Shown piece by piece: positions 11,404-23,858 of a DNA stretch of 64,000 bases; the stretch's first letter is position 1; the number at the start of each line of letters is the position of its first letter. The notes under the pieces were generated by a model. It saw nothing but the letters and a program-made list of their open reading frames with translations, made no database searches and was not told the origin of the DNA. This stretch comes from Heterodontus francisci (Eukaryota). The stretch is taken from positions 32,044,236-32,108,235 of the forward strand of contig NC_090404.1 of assembly GCF_036365525.1 (NCBI RefSeq). The letters run 5' to 3'. The position numbers and the translations under genes are program-made.

Positions 11404-13936
11404 GACATAGGGACATAGGTACAGAGGAGCAGGAGTAGGCCATTCAGCCCATCGAACCTGCCCCAGCATTCAATGCAATCATGGCTGATTATCCACTTAA
11501 ATGCCATTCTCCAACATTATCCTTAATCCCCTTATGTCATTTATATTTAGAAATCTATCAATCTCTGCTTTAAACATCCTCAGTGACTGAGCTTCAGCAG
11601 CCCTCTGGAGTAGACAATTCCAAAGATTCACAACTCTCTAAGTAAAGAAATTTCTCCTCATCTCTGTCTAAGTAGCTTCCCCCTTATTTTGAAATAGTGT
11701 CGTCTGGTTCTGGACTCCCCAACCAGGGCAAACATCTTAGTTGCATCTACCTTGTCTATCCATTTCAGTATTTTGTAGATTTCAATGAGATCGTGTCTCA
11801 CTCTTCGAAACTCTACAGAATACTAGGGCAGCGCAGTGGTTAGCACCGCAACCTCACAGCTTCAGCAACCCGAGTTCAATTCTGGGTACTGCCTGTGCAG
11901 AGTTTGCAAGTTCTACTTGTGATCACTTGGGTATTCGCTGGGTGCTCTGGTTTCCTCCCACAGCCAAAGACTTGCAGGTTGATAGGTAAATTTGCCATTA
12001 TAAATTGCCCCTAGTGTATGTAGGGGAATTGAGGGGAGGTGGGGATGGGGTAGGAATATGGGATCAATGTAGGATTAGCATAAATGGGTGGTTGATGGTC
12101 GGCAAAGACACAGTGGGCCGAAGGGCCTGTTTCAGTGCTGTAACTCTAAATAAATAAAATAAACACAAGCCCAGTTTCCCCCATCACTTTTCATAGGACA
12201 GTCCCGCCATCCCGGGAACAAGTCTGGTGAACCTTTGTTACAGTCCCTCTATGGCAATGATATCCTTCCACAGATAAGGGGACCAAAACGACACACAGGA
12301 TTCCAAGTGCAATCTAACCAAGGTTTTATGCAATTGAAGCACGACTTCACTACTCCTGTACTCAAACCCTCTTGCGATAAAGGCTAACATACCATTAGCC
12401 TTCTTAATTGCTTGTTGCACCTGCACGTTAGCTTTCAGTGGCTTGTTGACAAGGACACTCAGGTCCTTTTGTACATCTACACTTCCTAATCTCTTACCAT
12501 TTAATAAATAATCTGCACATCTATTCCTCCTACTAAGTGGATAACTTCACATTTTTCCACATTATATTCCATCTGCCACGTTCTTGCCCACTCACCAAGT
12601 CTTTTCAAATCCCCTTGAAGCCGCTTTGCATTGTCCACACAACAGACTCCCACCTAGTTTTGTGTTAGCTGTGAACATGGAAGTACTAATTTTGGTCTAC
12701 ACATTCAAATCATTGATATATATTGTAAACAGCTGGGGCCCAAGCACTGATCCCTGCGGTACCTCAATAATCACAGCCTGCCAACGCGAGAATGACCCAT
12801 TTATTGCTACTCTCTGCTTTCTGCCTGTTAAGCAATCCTTAATCCATGCCAGTACATTACCTCCTATCCTATGTGCTTTAATTTTGCTAACCAAGCTCCT
12901 GTTGGGGACCTTATCAAAACACTTCTTAAAATCCAAGTATACCACATCCACCGACTCCCCTTTATTAATTCTGTTAGTAACATCCTCAAAAAGCTGCAAC
13001 GGATTCGTCAAATAAGATTCCCATACATAAATCTATATAGGCTATGCCCCATCAAATCGTAATTAACCAAGTGTTCATTTATCACATCATTTCGAATAGA
13101 CTTTCGCATTTTCCCAACGACGGATGTAAGGCTAACAGTTCTGTAATTCTCTGTTTTCTTTTTCCCTCCCTCCTTAAATAGTGGGGTGACATTTACTACC
13201 TGCAGGAACGGCTCCAGGATCTGGAGAATTTTGGAAGATGGTCACCAATGCATCCAGTATCTCCATAGCTACCTCTTTCAACACTCTGGTATGTAGAATA
13301 TCAGGTCCTGGGGACATATCAACCTTCAGCCCCATTAATCTCTCCAAAACAACCCTCTTACTAATACTAATTTCCTTCAATTCCTCCCTAATTCTGGGAG
13401 ATTCCTCGTATCTTCCTCAGTGAAGACATACACAAAGTAATCATTTAGTTTTTCTGCCATTTCTCTATTCCCCATTATAAATTCTCCTGACTCTGCTTGT
13501 AATGGGACCACATTTGTTTTAGCGAAACGTTTCCTTTTTACGTATCCACAGAAGTTTTTACAGTCCGTTTTTATATTTTTTTGCTAGCTCACATTCACAT
13601 TCTATGCCTCCTTCTTATCAGTTTCTTCATCCTCCTTTGCTGTATTCTAAAATCCTCCCAATCCTCAGATGCACTACTATTTCTGGCAACTTTGTAGGCC
13701 TTTACTTTTAATCTTATACAAACCGTAACTTACTTTGTTATCCATGGTTGACTGCCTGTACTTTTGGGATTTCTGTGCCTTGAAGGAATGTATAGTTGCT
13801 GTGAACTATGTAATATTACTTGAAAGACTATCCATTGCCTATGTACTGTCATACTTTTTAATGTATTTTTCCAATCGACCTCAGCCAATTTGCCCCTCAT
13901 ACCTTCATAATTTCCTTTATTCAAATTTAACACTCT
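11404..13936 (-). mobile_element. CR1 LINE RT and 3' tail with nested SINE
   Basis: YLDFKKCFDKVP, VPQGSVLGP and SPGPDILH motifs in ORFs 12238-13380. Confidence 0.9.
11826..12163 (+). mobile_element. tRNA-derived HE1-like SINE
   Basis: A-box CAGTGGTTAGC, B-box GAGTTCAATTC, CR1-like 3' end with (TAAA)n tail; near-identical copies at 28561, 38027 and 27106. Confidence 0.9.
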
Positions 13937-15388
13937 ATCTAACATTGATTTGCTGGGGTGTGATGCGCCATCAGCTGCTTCCTGCACGGATTGCCCGCAT
14001 TGTGTTAGTGAAAGTTTGTACACATGTCGGAAAGCTGTCGTTAGACGCAACCCTGTCATGCTGCAGACCGAGAGGCTCTGCCACTACTGTCCCCATGCCT
14101 GTTGCAGCCTTTGTGCAGTCATGTTATCAAATGAGCTATTCTCTCTTTGAGGATGCAGCAGAATTCTCTGGCAAATTTAGAAACTCATCACAGGCATTCC
14201 TAAAATAACCCAGGGGACATCTAATAATTGGCAATCGCAGACGGTCTGGAAGAAAAGGCTTTACAGGCTGTTTGGGCTCTAAATATATAACGGACTCGAG
14301 CGTGAGGTCCAACTTGCATCTCTGCACCCGTTCCTTGCACGGCGATGTACCGCTATATTACCTTGACATGCCTGGTCCAAATTTTGAATCCTGGATCACA
14401 TCAGCAGGCTGGGTTGTGTGAAGTCAGGATCACGTCAACTCACTGCCTTCGGGCACATGCAAGCGGCGCCTCCACATTCCACCTTTTATAATACAATGCC
14501 GGGCGGGCCACACAGGAAGGAGCCAGTGGTGTACCGTGCTCCAGCAAAGTGATGCTAGATGTTTGCATCACCACTGCAATTAATGTCATAGCCCAAAAGG
14601 TCTCCACTGCGATTTTCCTCGCCCCATGTCTTGGTAGGTTGCAGGCTCATTAATAAAGATTGATTGTTAGAATTTGCCAACAACTGCATTATCATTGAAT
14701 CACGTGACTGCCGGGATGGTTGAAGACAAACTAGACTAGAGTGCACAGTTAATATTGAATATAATATTCCCATTCAATTTGATAGGTTTCTTTTTTATGG
14801 TTTGGGTGTTTAATGTTTCCATTCCATTAAAATGGGGGCACTTCTGTTTGATTGCTATTTCGATTTCTGACACTGGGATGTTGTACAAATTGGTCAGTTA
14901 AAAGAGTAGAAGGTGAACTCGCTGGTATGTTGTTTTTTTTCTCCAGCATTTCCTCTGTTCCTACAGGAACAGGAATGCGCTGGGAGGACCTGCCCAGTGA
15001 GCGGAGAACAATGCATGGGGACGATATTCTTATTTCACATTGTATCCTACCCTCAAGATGCAAACTATTCCCAGGAGGAATATCGTGGTCCCTGCAGTAA
15101 ACAGTTGAATTTGGTATCCAATAACAGATCAGGGTCGGACTTGTTGTCCCTTGGGCCCTCTGAGCTGCTGCGTCTGCACCAGACCTGAGTCAAGACGAGG
15201 AAGAGAACTGGAAACTAACTGAGAATATGTCAGAACACTGAACCGTCCGCTATTGCAATGTTCCTTTCACATTTTTTAAAATCACACAGTGGATAAGTGC
15301 ACCAGCAAACCAAGGACCTGACTGTCATGGCCAAGGGGAGCAAGGATGGAAAATAATGTGCAAATCATGCTGCATTTTGTTATTTTCA

Positions 15389-16296
15389 TCATTTAAACAT
15401 ATTAAAAATTTGAATAATTGGAAATTTCGCTCCTTTCTTTAACTCGACTCTGAATTGACTTTGGGTCCCTGCATAAATGAACGGGTTGATGCAAGAACTC
15501 AAAAGCTGAAGCATATATCCACTTTCCTCCAGAATATAATTTGATTCTTTGAAATTGGAACCAGAAAAATAACTAATCCTCGCAATTCGGATGTAGACGA
15601 AAGTTATAAAAAGTAACAAGTATGAAAGGATAAAACTGCCCGAGATGGCAAAAAGTAGAACCATGGAGTTTCTACGCTTCTCCATTTCTGGATCACTCTG
15701 ATTCTCTCTATTGCTGTGGGCCCGGAGTCTCCTGCGGACTTTACTGGCCGCGAGAATGTGTCTGACAGTCAGAGCATTCAGCAGTAAAATAAAGATGAAT
15801 GGGAGACAAGGTGTTAAAATGCGGTGAATCCATTCATATGCGGTCCATGCAGGTGACGTGTAAAATATAATTTTTACGTGGCAGAACCAGGGTATATTGT
15901 TAACTATATCAAAAGGTTCATATATAAAATACCAGAATGTATTATTTAAACAGCTCAGTGTACAGACAGTTCCTATAACCCGCGCTGCCGTTTTCTCGGT
16001 GCAATATGTTATTTTCAGTTTCTGGCAACAAATGGCCATAAATCGATCAAATGTGAAAGCGACCGTTAACCAGACAGAACTATCTATGGCTGCAATGTAC
16101 AGGACAACACGGAGACTACATAATGGTGTGATGGAGAGGAAACTGGCTGGGAAATAAATACCAGCAATCCGGTTTAATATCACAGCAATGATCATGACCA
16201 GGAGATCCGTCACAGACATGGCCACCAGGTAGTAAACGATACATCTGGAGAGACCGCATTTTCCTCGGGTCAGCGTCACAATTACTGACAAGTTAG
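15389..16296 (-). CDS. Exon 2 of GPR139-like class A GPCR paralog B (325 aa with exon 1 at 18967-19036)
   Basis: Intact frame with MSVTDL (TM2), SVWLTVAFTFDRF (TM3), LPF..LLLN (TM5) and SSCINPFIY (TM7). A polypyrimidine tract and AG acceptor at 16297-16298 give an in-phase GIP|ANL junction. Confidence 0.95.
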
Positions 16297-18067
16297 CTGC
16301 ACAAAAGAAAGAAAGAAAGAAAGAGACTGATGAGAGGAAAGGGAAAGAGGATGATTGGACGTGTCAGAGACAGAGCAGGAAGAGGATAGTTACTAATCCG
16401 ACACCCGACTAAATTCTGTTGACTTTTACAGAGTCCTGTACGAAATTTACAGATTTGATACATGATTTTTTGTTAGACACTATCCCTTCTCCTCGGTTCC
16501 TGCTTGTAAAGTAATCACCCGGATAAAACAAAACGTCAGGCCAATGACATCAACATTTAAAATAAAATAAACCTAATGGAGATTAACAAGGTTTTGGAAA
16601 CCCACCAATATCAATGTGGGAATAATAACTTGAGACGAAATGACAATAAACCATTACAAAAAACATTTCAGAGGGTAAATATTACAACAAAAGACATTAA
16701 ATGTGGCAACTACAAGTAGGTAGGGAAAAAATAAATGGATTATATTCCGCTGGGGATCATAAATTCCTCTATCCAAAGAATTACTGTTCAATCATTCACT
16801 GTTGAAAAATTCGCAGTCAACTTGCTTGATAAGATTCTCAAAGAGAGGAGTGAACAGACAATTAGCGTTTTCTGATTTTGTGGAGAAGATGTTGTTGAGA
16901 ACTCAGTGATAACTCCAGTCCTTCTCCTGAAAGTCACCCGGGATCTTCTGTATTGATTTGAACCAACGGAACTGGCAGCTGACGAGGTCTCATTTGGAGA
17001 AAGATCCCTCCTACAATGCATCACTTCCTCTGAACTGTGCTATGTTTAGGTATAAACGATAAACTTAGTCCTGTATTGAATATGGAAATTCAAACTTTGT
17101 GCCCCAAAATGCCAGAAATTACACCATTTATGTGGCCTCACACAATGTGAAGAACACAATGAAGACAGGAGAGTCTGGGAGATTACCAGGTGCAAAGAGC
17201 AGAAGGACAACCTGGAATTAGGAGTCATGTACAACAATCAGCAGCAGCTAATGTGGAAGAGGACAGCTGGGCTGAACCATTGAGAGTCAGAGACTGAGAA
17301 CGGAGACACTGTGCTCTGTGAGTTGACGGAAACACTCATCATTCATAAAACGATCACAATTACATTTGTCATATTTCTATCAATAACCCGATGCTAATTA
17401 ATGTCTGTTCAGTAAGTTCATTTATTAAATTCAGCCAGAAATTATTCACTGGCCCAATATTCTCAACCAATGAATCATTTTTGGGAATTAATCTGTCGCA
17501 GCCAATGTCAGTAACACAATGGAAATACATTTACACTGTGATAACAATGACAATTCACCCATAGTAACAGTGTAAATAACACAATTGAACTACGTTTAGA
17601 CTGTGATAACGGTGTAATAATTCACCCATAGTAGCAGTGTCGATAAAATAAAGAACTATGTTGAGACTGTAGTGGCAAATGGGAGAAATTGCATAATTAA
17701 AGGGATGATATAGTACTGGCCAAGGGAAGATAGTACACCATTAAAGCGGAGAAATTATACCAGTACCAGTAAAACTAAAATAAAGTATGCCTGTAAATCA
17801 TTAATGACGAGAAATTATGTCAGCAAGTGGAAGAAAAATCGTTAACATAGAGAATTAATACCGGGAAAGTGGTGAAAAGCGTACTGTAAATGGACAGAAT
17901 TAATACCAGTTAAAAAGAAGAAATGTCCCGTCAAAGGAGAGAAATTATACCGGTAAATGGGATCAGTTATCGGTCTAAATGGCAGAAATTATCCTATTAA
18001 ATTGAAGAAAATATGCTCTTATATGGTTGAAAAAATATTGGCATGTTGGAGAAGAACGACTGGCAAA

Positions 18068-18945
18068 TGAACATAATACATAGGAGCAGGATTAGACCAC
18101 ACGGCCCGTCAAGCCTGTCCCGCCATTTATTACGACCATGGCTGACCTTCAACTTTAACTTCACCTTCCCGCTTGCTCCCTATATCCTTTGATTTCCCGA
18201 GAGAACAAAAACCTTCCCACCTTAGCCTTAAATATATTCAACGATGGGGCATCCACAACCCTCTGGGGTATAGAATTACAAAGGTTTAGTATCCTTTGAA
18301 TGAACAAATTTCTCCTCACCTCAGGTCTAAATAATTGCCCCTTATCCTGAGACTGTGCCCACGTGTTTTCGATTCCATAGCCAGGGGGAACAAGTTGGTA
18401 GTGTCTACCTTGCCAAGACCTTTCAGAATCTTGTATGTTTCAACGATATCAACTCGCATTCTTCTGAACTCTGGTGAATATAGACCCAATCTGCTGAGCC
18501 TCTCATTACTGGACAACTCCTCATCCTCGGGCCCGATCTAGTGGACCTTCACTATACTGTCTCCAAGGCAAGTATATCTTTCCTTAAATATGGAGACTAA
18601 AACTGGACACAATAGTCCATGTACATTCTCAACAAAGCCCTGTATAATTGTAGCAAAACTGCTTTATTCTCGCATCCCAATCCCCTTGTAATAATGGCCA
18701 ACATGCCATTTGCTTTCCGAATTGTTTGCTGTAGCTACATGCTAACTTTCGGTTCTTTTTCTTGTACGTGTGCACACATGCCCCTCTGAGAATCAATATT
18801 TAAAAGTTCCACACCTAAAAAAAAAGAGTTTCTCACTGTCTCACTCACTTAACCTGTCTTTATCCCTTTGCGACCTCGTTGTGTCCTCCTCAGAGTTTGC
18901 CTTCCCTCCTAGCTTTGTATCACCTGTATTGATTCCCACAACCAA
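18068..18945 (-). mobile_element. CR1 LINE 3' fragment in intron of GPCR B
   Basis: ERLSRLGLYSPEFRRMR..TRGHSL in ORF 18316-18516; absent from the introns of A and C at this site. Confidence 0.85.
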
Positions 18946-18966
18946 TAACTAACTACAATACTTTAC

Positions 18967-19036
18967 CTGGAATCCCAATAGCTGCAAGGACGGGATAGTA
19001 AATGGCAAACACCAGATCTTTTGCTGATCCGTGCAT
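18967..19036 (-). CDS. Exon 1 of GPR139-like GPCR paralog B (MHGSAKDLVFAIYYPVLAAIGIP|)
   Basis: ATG at 19034-19036; donor CCAG|gtaaag; phase-1 intron 16297-18966 completes TM1. Confidence 0.9.
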
Positions 19037-19080
19037 TTCTATCAGAAGCTGTGAACGCATTGCACTTACAGACTGTCGCA

Positions 19081-19175
19081 TTTATATCTGATGTCAGGCT
19101 CCAGGGAGATAATTAAACCGTTTGTTTTTACATTAATTACACTAGTTGAAACAGACACATTAGTGAAGCTGATGT
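19081..19175 (-). promoter_or_regulatory. Proximal promoter of GPCR B: TATAAA (19081-19086), O/E-like CTCCCTGGAG (19099-19108), TAATTA (19110-19115, 19134-19139)
   Basis: Positionally conserved among the three paralogs. Confidence 0.55.
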
Positions 19176-19514
19176 CAAGCTCGTGTTTATGTTTTCATAG
19201 CATGGAATAGTTTTCAAGGGATCTGACATGGCTGTAAAGTGAAATACCCAGAGAGTGAAGAATAAACCCGGTATATTTCTTCATAAAATATAGTGAAAAG
19301 CTAAATAAGCGGTTGCAATCGTGAAAGTGAGAGTTGTAGATGAGGAATTATCGGTTTTAAACCCCTTTATGCTGAGTTAAATGGTTTCAGCACAAGGTAT
19401 AACTGACCAGAAATTGTCTGGTCCTAAGGGAAAAGGCATCTGATCGTTATTCAATCCGTGTGAAGCCGGATCACGTGCAACGTGGTTCCAGGTCTCTCTG
19501 AGACTGTGAACTCA

Positions 19515-19850
19515 CTTTAGCACAGCTATCTGTGCATTCAGTGTGACAGGTCGAGTTAAGCCAGATTACATTTTTGTGCACAGGCCCAGTTCTTCATGAT
19601 TGTTTTCCGTGCTGAACATGTCCAGTTCTTTGTCGTTGCCTTCAGCGTGGCTAGGTCCTGTTCAGCATTTTTAAAACCAGTTTAAACTGATCCAGTTCAG
19701 CATAGGTACATTCTGTGTGTACAGGTTCAGTTCAGTGCGGTTACATTCAGTCTGCAAAGGTCCAGTTCCACAGGTTTACATTCTGAGTTAACACGATCCT
19801 ATTCAGCACATTTACTTTCAGTTCACACAGGTCCAACTCAACACAGTTAC
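19515..19850. repeat. Degenerate ~35-bp tandem array upstream of B
   Basis: Same unit as 2645-3510, about 9-10 copies. Confidence 0.75.
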
Positions 19851-21681
19851 TGCCAAAGTGGGCTGGCCCACGTCAGCGATGCGATATTTCGTCAGAAATA
19901 AATATATCGAATGTCAGAAATATTCAGCAGGTTTGGCAGCATCTGTTGCCACAATGTTTGTGTTACCAGAGATGCTGCCAGACATGCTGAGTATTTCCAA
20001 CATTTTCTGCAGAATTTTAGGGCACTTAGACGTGAACAGGCGCTACAAGATGGCAGCAACAAAAGAGGAGGGAAGTCAGCGGCTCTTTCTGTTAGTGGCT
20101 TGTTTCACTGAGCGACGGCCCCCGCTCCAAAACTCAGCGGAGCCCACACTTTACTCCTGTGAGCATTCAGACTGTTCCAGTGGACTGGGTGGAGGAGACC
20201 TGGCTCAACGACCACGGAGGCAACACATGGAGGCGATTTTCCACGTCTCACAGGCGTTAGCCCAAGTACAAAGGAACTGACAACCAGAAACATAGCTAAG
20301 GGCAAATAACCCCTCTGCCTTGAAGGCACGGTCTCAACTCAAAGACTAGAAGAAGGACGCTCTGACATAACACCTACAGCTTTGCAGTTGCTGCAGCCAC
20401 CTCAGCCTGCTGAGCCACTGTGGAGTGACACAACCTAAACAGTGCAATTAGTTTGTGCGAGCTTAGCTCCACTTTAAACAGGCTTAGCGCAGGAAGGAAG
20501 AAGATTCCTACAGTGATAATGGAGAGGCAAACCCAGAATGTGCAAGATGGCACTGGCAGCCACAGCATGCATCCTGCATGGATCTGGCTTAGTAGTATGG
20601 GTTGTTAGACTGTTGATCTGATATAACAACATCATCCGACAGCCAAGTGACCAAGCAGCCTTCTCTCGGGATAACACTGCCTGCTACGAATGGAGACACA
20701 CCTGGAAAATATTGTTGGTTTCATCTCATCTCGTTGGCTTACAATTGCCAATGGGCATATCCTACTGGCGGAGGCAGATAGATTCTTGTTAGGCAAGGGA
20801 ATCAAGGGCGATCGGGGATAGATGGGAGCTTGGAATTCGAAACACAAAGAGATCAGCCATGATCTGATTGAATGGCGGAGCAGGCTCGAGGGGCCAAATT
20901 GCCTACTCCTGCTCCGAACGTGTATGTTCGTACGTACAGCACTGAAGAAGAAAGAAATAACTTCAACAAAAGCAAAAAGAGACAAAACACCTTGAAACTT
21001 GCCTGCTGGAATGTTTGTACAATGTCTGTTGCAGATGACCATAGACACCCTGAAAGACATTCTGCACTTTTATCCAGAGAACTCACTTGGATGGACATTG
21101 ACAAAGGATCATTTGGTGAAGCTCATTTCACACAACAGGAATCACTGACCGAACAAGGGAGCAGGTCTACTTTTCAAGTAAGGAAAAGGTAAGGTTGAAT
21201 GACGTCTCTCAACTGTAGGTTTTATGAGTAAAAACTCCTCACTAACAGAACCTCGCCATTTTTTTTGTTTTTGTTAATTGTTCTGATACACTCATATCCT
21301 TATGACTAACAATCCAGGACAACAAGTTCACCACCATTATCAGCATATATGTTCCTACCCTACAACCTGATATAATAACAAAAGAAGGCTTCTTCTGTTA
21401 CCTGCACAGCATTCTTCTGAATGTTGACTCCAAAGATCAGCTCATCATACTTGGAGATTTCAACACAAGATTTGGTGTTACCAAGAGCATTGGCAAGTTG
21501 TCTTGGGCAGACATGGCAAATATAATGACAGTGGTCGACAACTGCTGGAATTCTGCACGGAGCATTACTTCAAAATCACTAATTCACTATTCCAGCAGAA
21601 AGCCAGATTTAAGACCACCTGAAGGCATCCCAGTGAAAACACTGCCAACTTTTGGATTATATTTTAGTGCACCAACATGAT

Positions 21682-23858
21682 ACGAATTTGGTGCAGGAAT
21701 AGGCCATTCGGCCCCTTCGACCCTTCTCTGCCATTTAATAAGACCATGGCTGATCTGATCGTGGTCTTGGCTCCACTTTCTGGCCGACTCCGGATACCCT
21801 TTGACTCACTTGTTAGTCAAGAATTAATCTACCTCTGCCTTAAAAACTTTCAATGACCCTGCCTCCACTTCTCTTCAGGCGAACAGAGTTCCACAGACTG
21901 ACAACGATCCGAGAGAAAAATCCTTAATCTTAAATGGGAAAACCCTATGTTAAAACTGTGCCCCCCATTTCTAGTCTCCCCACAAGGGTAAACATCCTTT
22001 CAGCATCCATTCTGCCAAGTACCCATAAGATCTTATACGTTTCAATAAGATCATCTATCATTCTTCTAAATTCAAATAGATACAGATCCTAATTGTCCAA
22101 AATTTCTTCATAAGTAACTCACCCACCACCCCACCCCACAACACCCCCACCCCATCCCAAGTATCAGTTGAGTGAACATTTTCTGAACGGCCTCTAACGC
22201 ATTTATATCTTTTCTTAAATAAGGGGACCAAAACTGCACACAGTACTCCAGATGTGGTCTCGCCAATACCCCATACAACTTTAGCGAAACGCCCTTACTT
22301 TCATATTCCATTCCTCTTGCAATAAACGGCAACATTCCATTTGTCTTTCCAATCACCTGCTGAATCTGCATACTAACCTTTTGCGATTCCTGTACTTGGA
22401 CATCCAGATCCCTCTGTTCCTCGGATTTCTGCAATTTCTTTCCATTTAAATAGTGTTTTACGATTCTTCCTGCCAAAGTGGATACGTTCACATTTTCCCA
22501 CATTGCACTTGTTACAAAAAAGGCGGGTGTAATGCACTGTTAATTCAGTTCCACTCCATCACAGGTCACAGCATATTAGTAATGCTTCCCACCTACTGGC
22601 AATTAGCCAAATGAAATACTTAATTTATCTTCCAGAATAAGGCATGCCGAACCAGGTTTCATTAAAGAACAACAAAATGAACAATTTATTAATAAACCAA
22701 GTTTTAAACGATAATGTGATAAATCCAAATGTAGGAAAAGAATGTATAACCTTGTATTCTTCTTAACCCTCATAGATTCAAAAAACAACCGTTAACCGGT
22801 CTTAAAAGGTTCGTTTACGTTTCAACAGTTTCTTATGAATAATAAAATAATTAGTTGTCACAGCCTGGAAGGATATTTTCGGATCAGTGAGGTGTCCCAG
22901 AATCGAGTAGTCAGATGCCGCACAAAGTCCCTCCTGGTGAAATTAATGAACCATCTTTGATGGGTAGGCATTCAAGACAATTCTTCTGCAGCAGGCGTCA
23001 CACAGATATTTCAGAAAAACGTTGTAGGAACATGTCTATTAACATGTTAAAGAAGCAGTCCAACAGTAAAAACTTTCTTGAGTTTGCAGGATGTCCAAAA
23101 AGCACAAAAGGCAACAGGACTCACTCTTGAGGCAGGGATTCTTGAGACTGGAAGTAACAGCAATCTGCCACACCCGAAACACAGGGCTTTCAAGCAGTGT
23201 TCTTCCACAAAGTGTAGGCACTATTCATTTCCTGGGTCTTTTCCTCCACAGGGTTCTTTTTCTCTCTCCAGGCAGAACACAGCCCCGACTCAAATGTAAT
23301 ATTCCCTTTTTTACAGGAGAGATAAGCCTTCCTTTCCGACAGAAGTGCTTTCTGGTCTTCAAAACACAGGTCTCCAGCAGCAATTGCCTTTTCAACGCAA
23401 AAGTGAAACTAAGCTTTCAACAACCAAGTCACAAGACAGTAATAAATCTTCCTGGTTGCTTAGATGCACGCTTTGCAGACTGTACTTCAAACACCAAGTG
23501 TCAACATTCCATCCTCACAGCACACCCCCTTCTCCCAGTTCTTAAAGGCACACAGACCTCTGAGTTTAAAAAAAAAACTCTTGTGACACACTCCATTTTC
23601 CAAACATTGGCCTAATCACTTAACCTATCGATATGTCTTTGCAAACGCCTTATGTTCTATTCACAAAACACTTTCCTACCAATCTTTGTGTCACAGCAAA
23701 GATCATCAACCATACACCTGGTCCCTTCATCCAAGTCATTCATATAAATTGTAAATAGTTGAGGTCCCAGCACTGATAACTGTGGCACGCCATTCGTCAC
23801 ATCGTGCCAACCCAAAAATGACCAAGTAATGCCCATTCTCTGTTTCCTGAAAGTTAAT
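21682..23858 (-). mobile_element. CR1 LINE inserted in RTE, target-site duplication CATGAT
   Basis: RPHLEYCVQFWSPY in ORF 22108-22503; CATGAT at 21676-21681 and 23859-23864. Confidence 0.85.
22510..23588 (-). mobile_element. Solo LTR (Gypsy-like, 4-bp TSD CACT)
   Basis: TGTTACA...TGTGACA termini flanked by CACT (22506-22509, 23589-23592); CR1 sequence resumes on both sides. Confidence 0.85.

Larger units (their letters stand above)
10478..14915. repeat. Ancient long palindrome/foldback, centre ~14240; left arm interrupted by Penelope, CR1 and SINE insertions
   Basis: 10621-10671 matches the reverse complement of 14729-14779 at 45/51. 11295-11408 pairs with 14560-14665, 13937-14045 with 14440-14560, and 10478-10560 with 14840-14915. 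Confidence 0.85.

Noticed and set aside
11826-11900. tRNA genes (also ~28561 and ~38290-38362)
   Set aside because: A/B boxes belong to SINE heads followed by SINE body and tail.
13948-14583. Long + frame with SGRKGF, suggesting a primase small subunit (AEP) to accompany the PriL-like ORF
   Set aside because: The region is the centre of a DNA palindrome, the motif sits at the hairpin loop, and the catalytic DxD and His are absent.
15389-16291. Single-exon GPCRs starting at TTG as in the ORF track (also 56701-57606)
   Set aside because: They lack most of TM1; canonical splice sites join them to 70-nt ATG exons.
15389-19036. Assigning the symbol GPR139 or GPR142
   Set aside because: These are multi-copy, divergent relatives; orthology cannot be shown without a phylogeny.
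23091-23615. 174-aa ORF
   Set aside because: Lies within a solo LTR and has no recognisable motifs.
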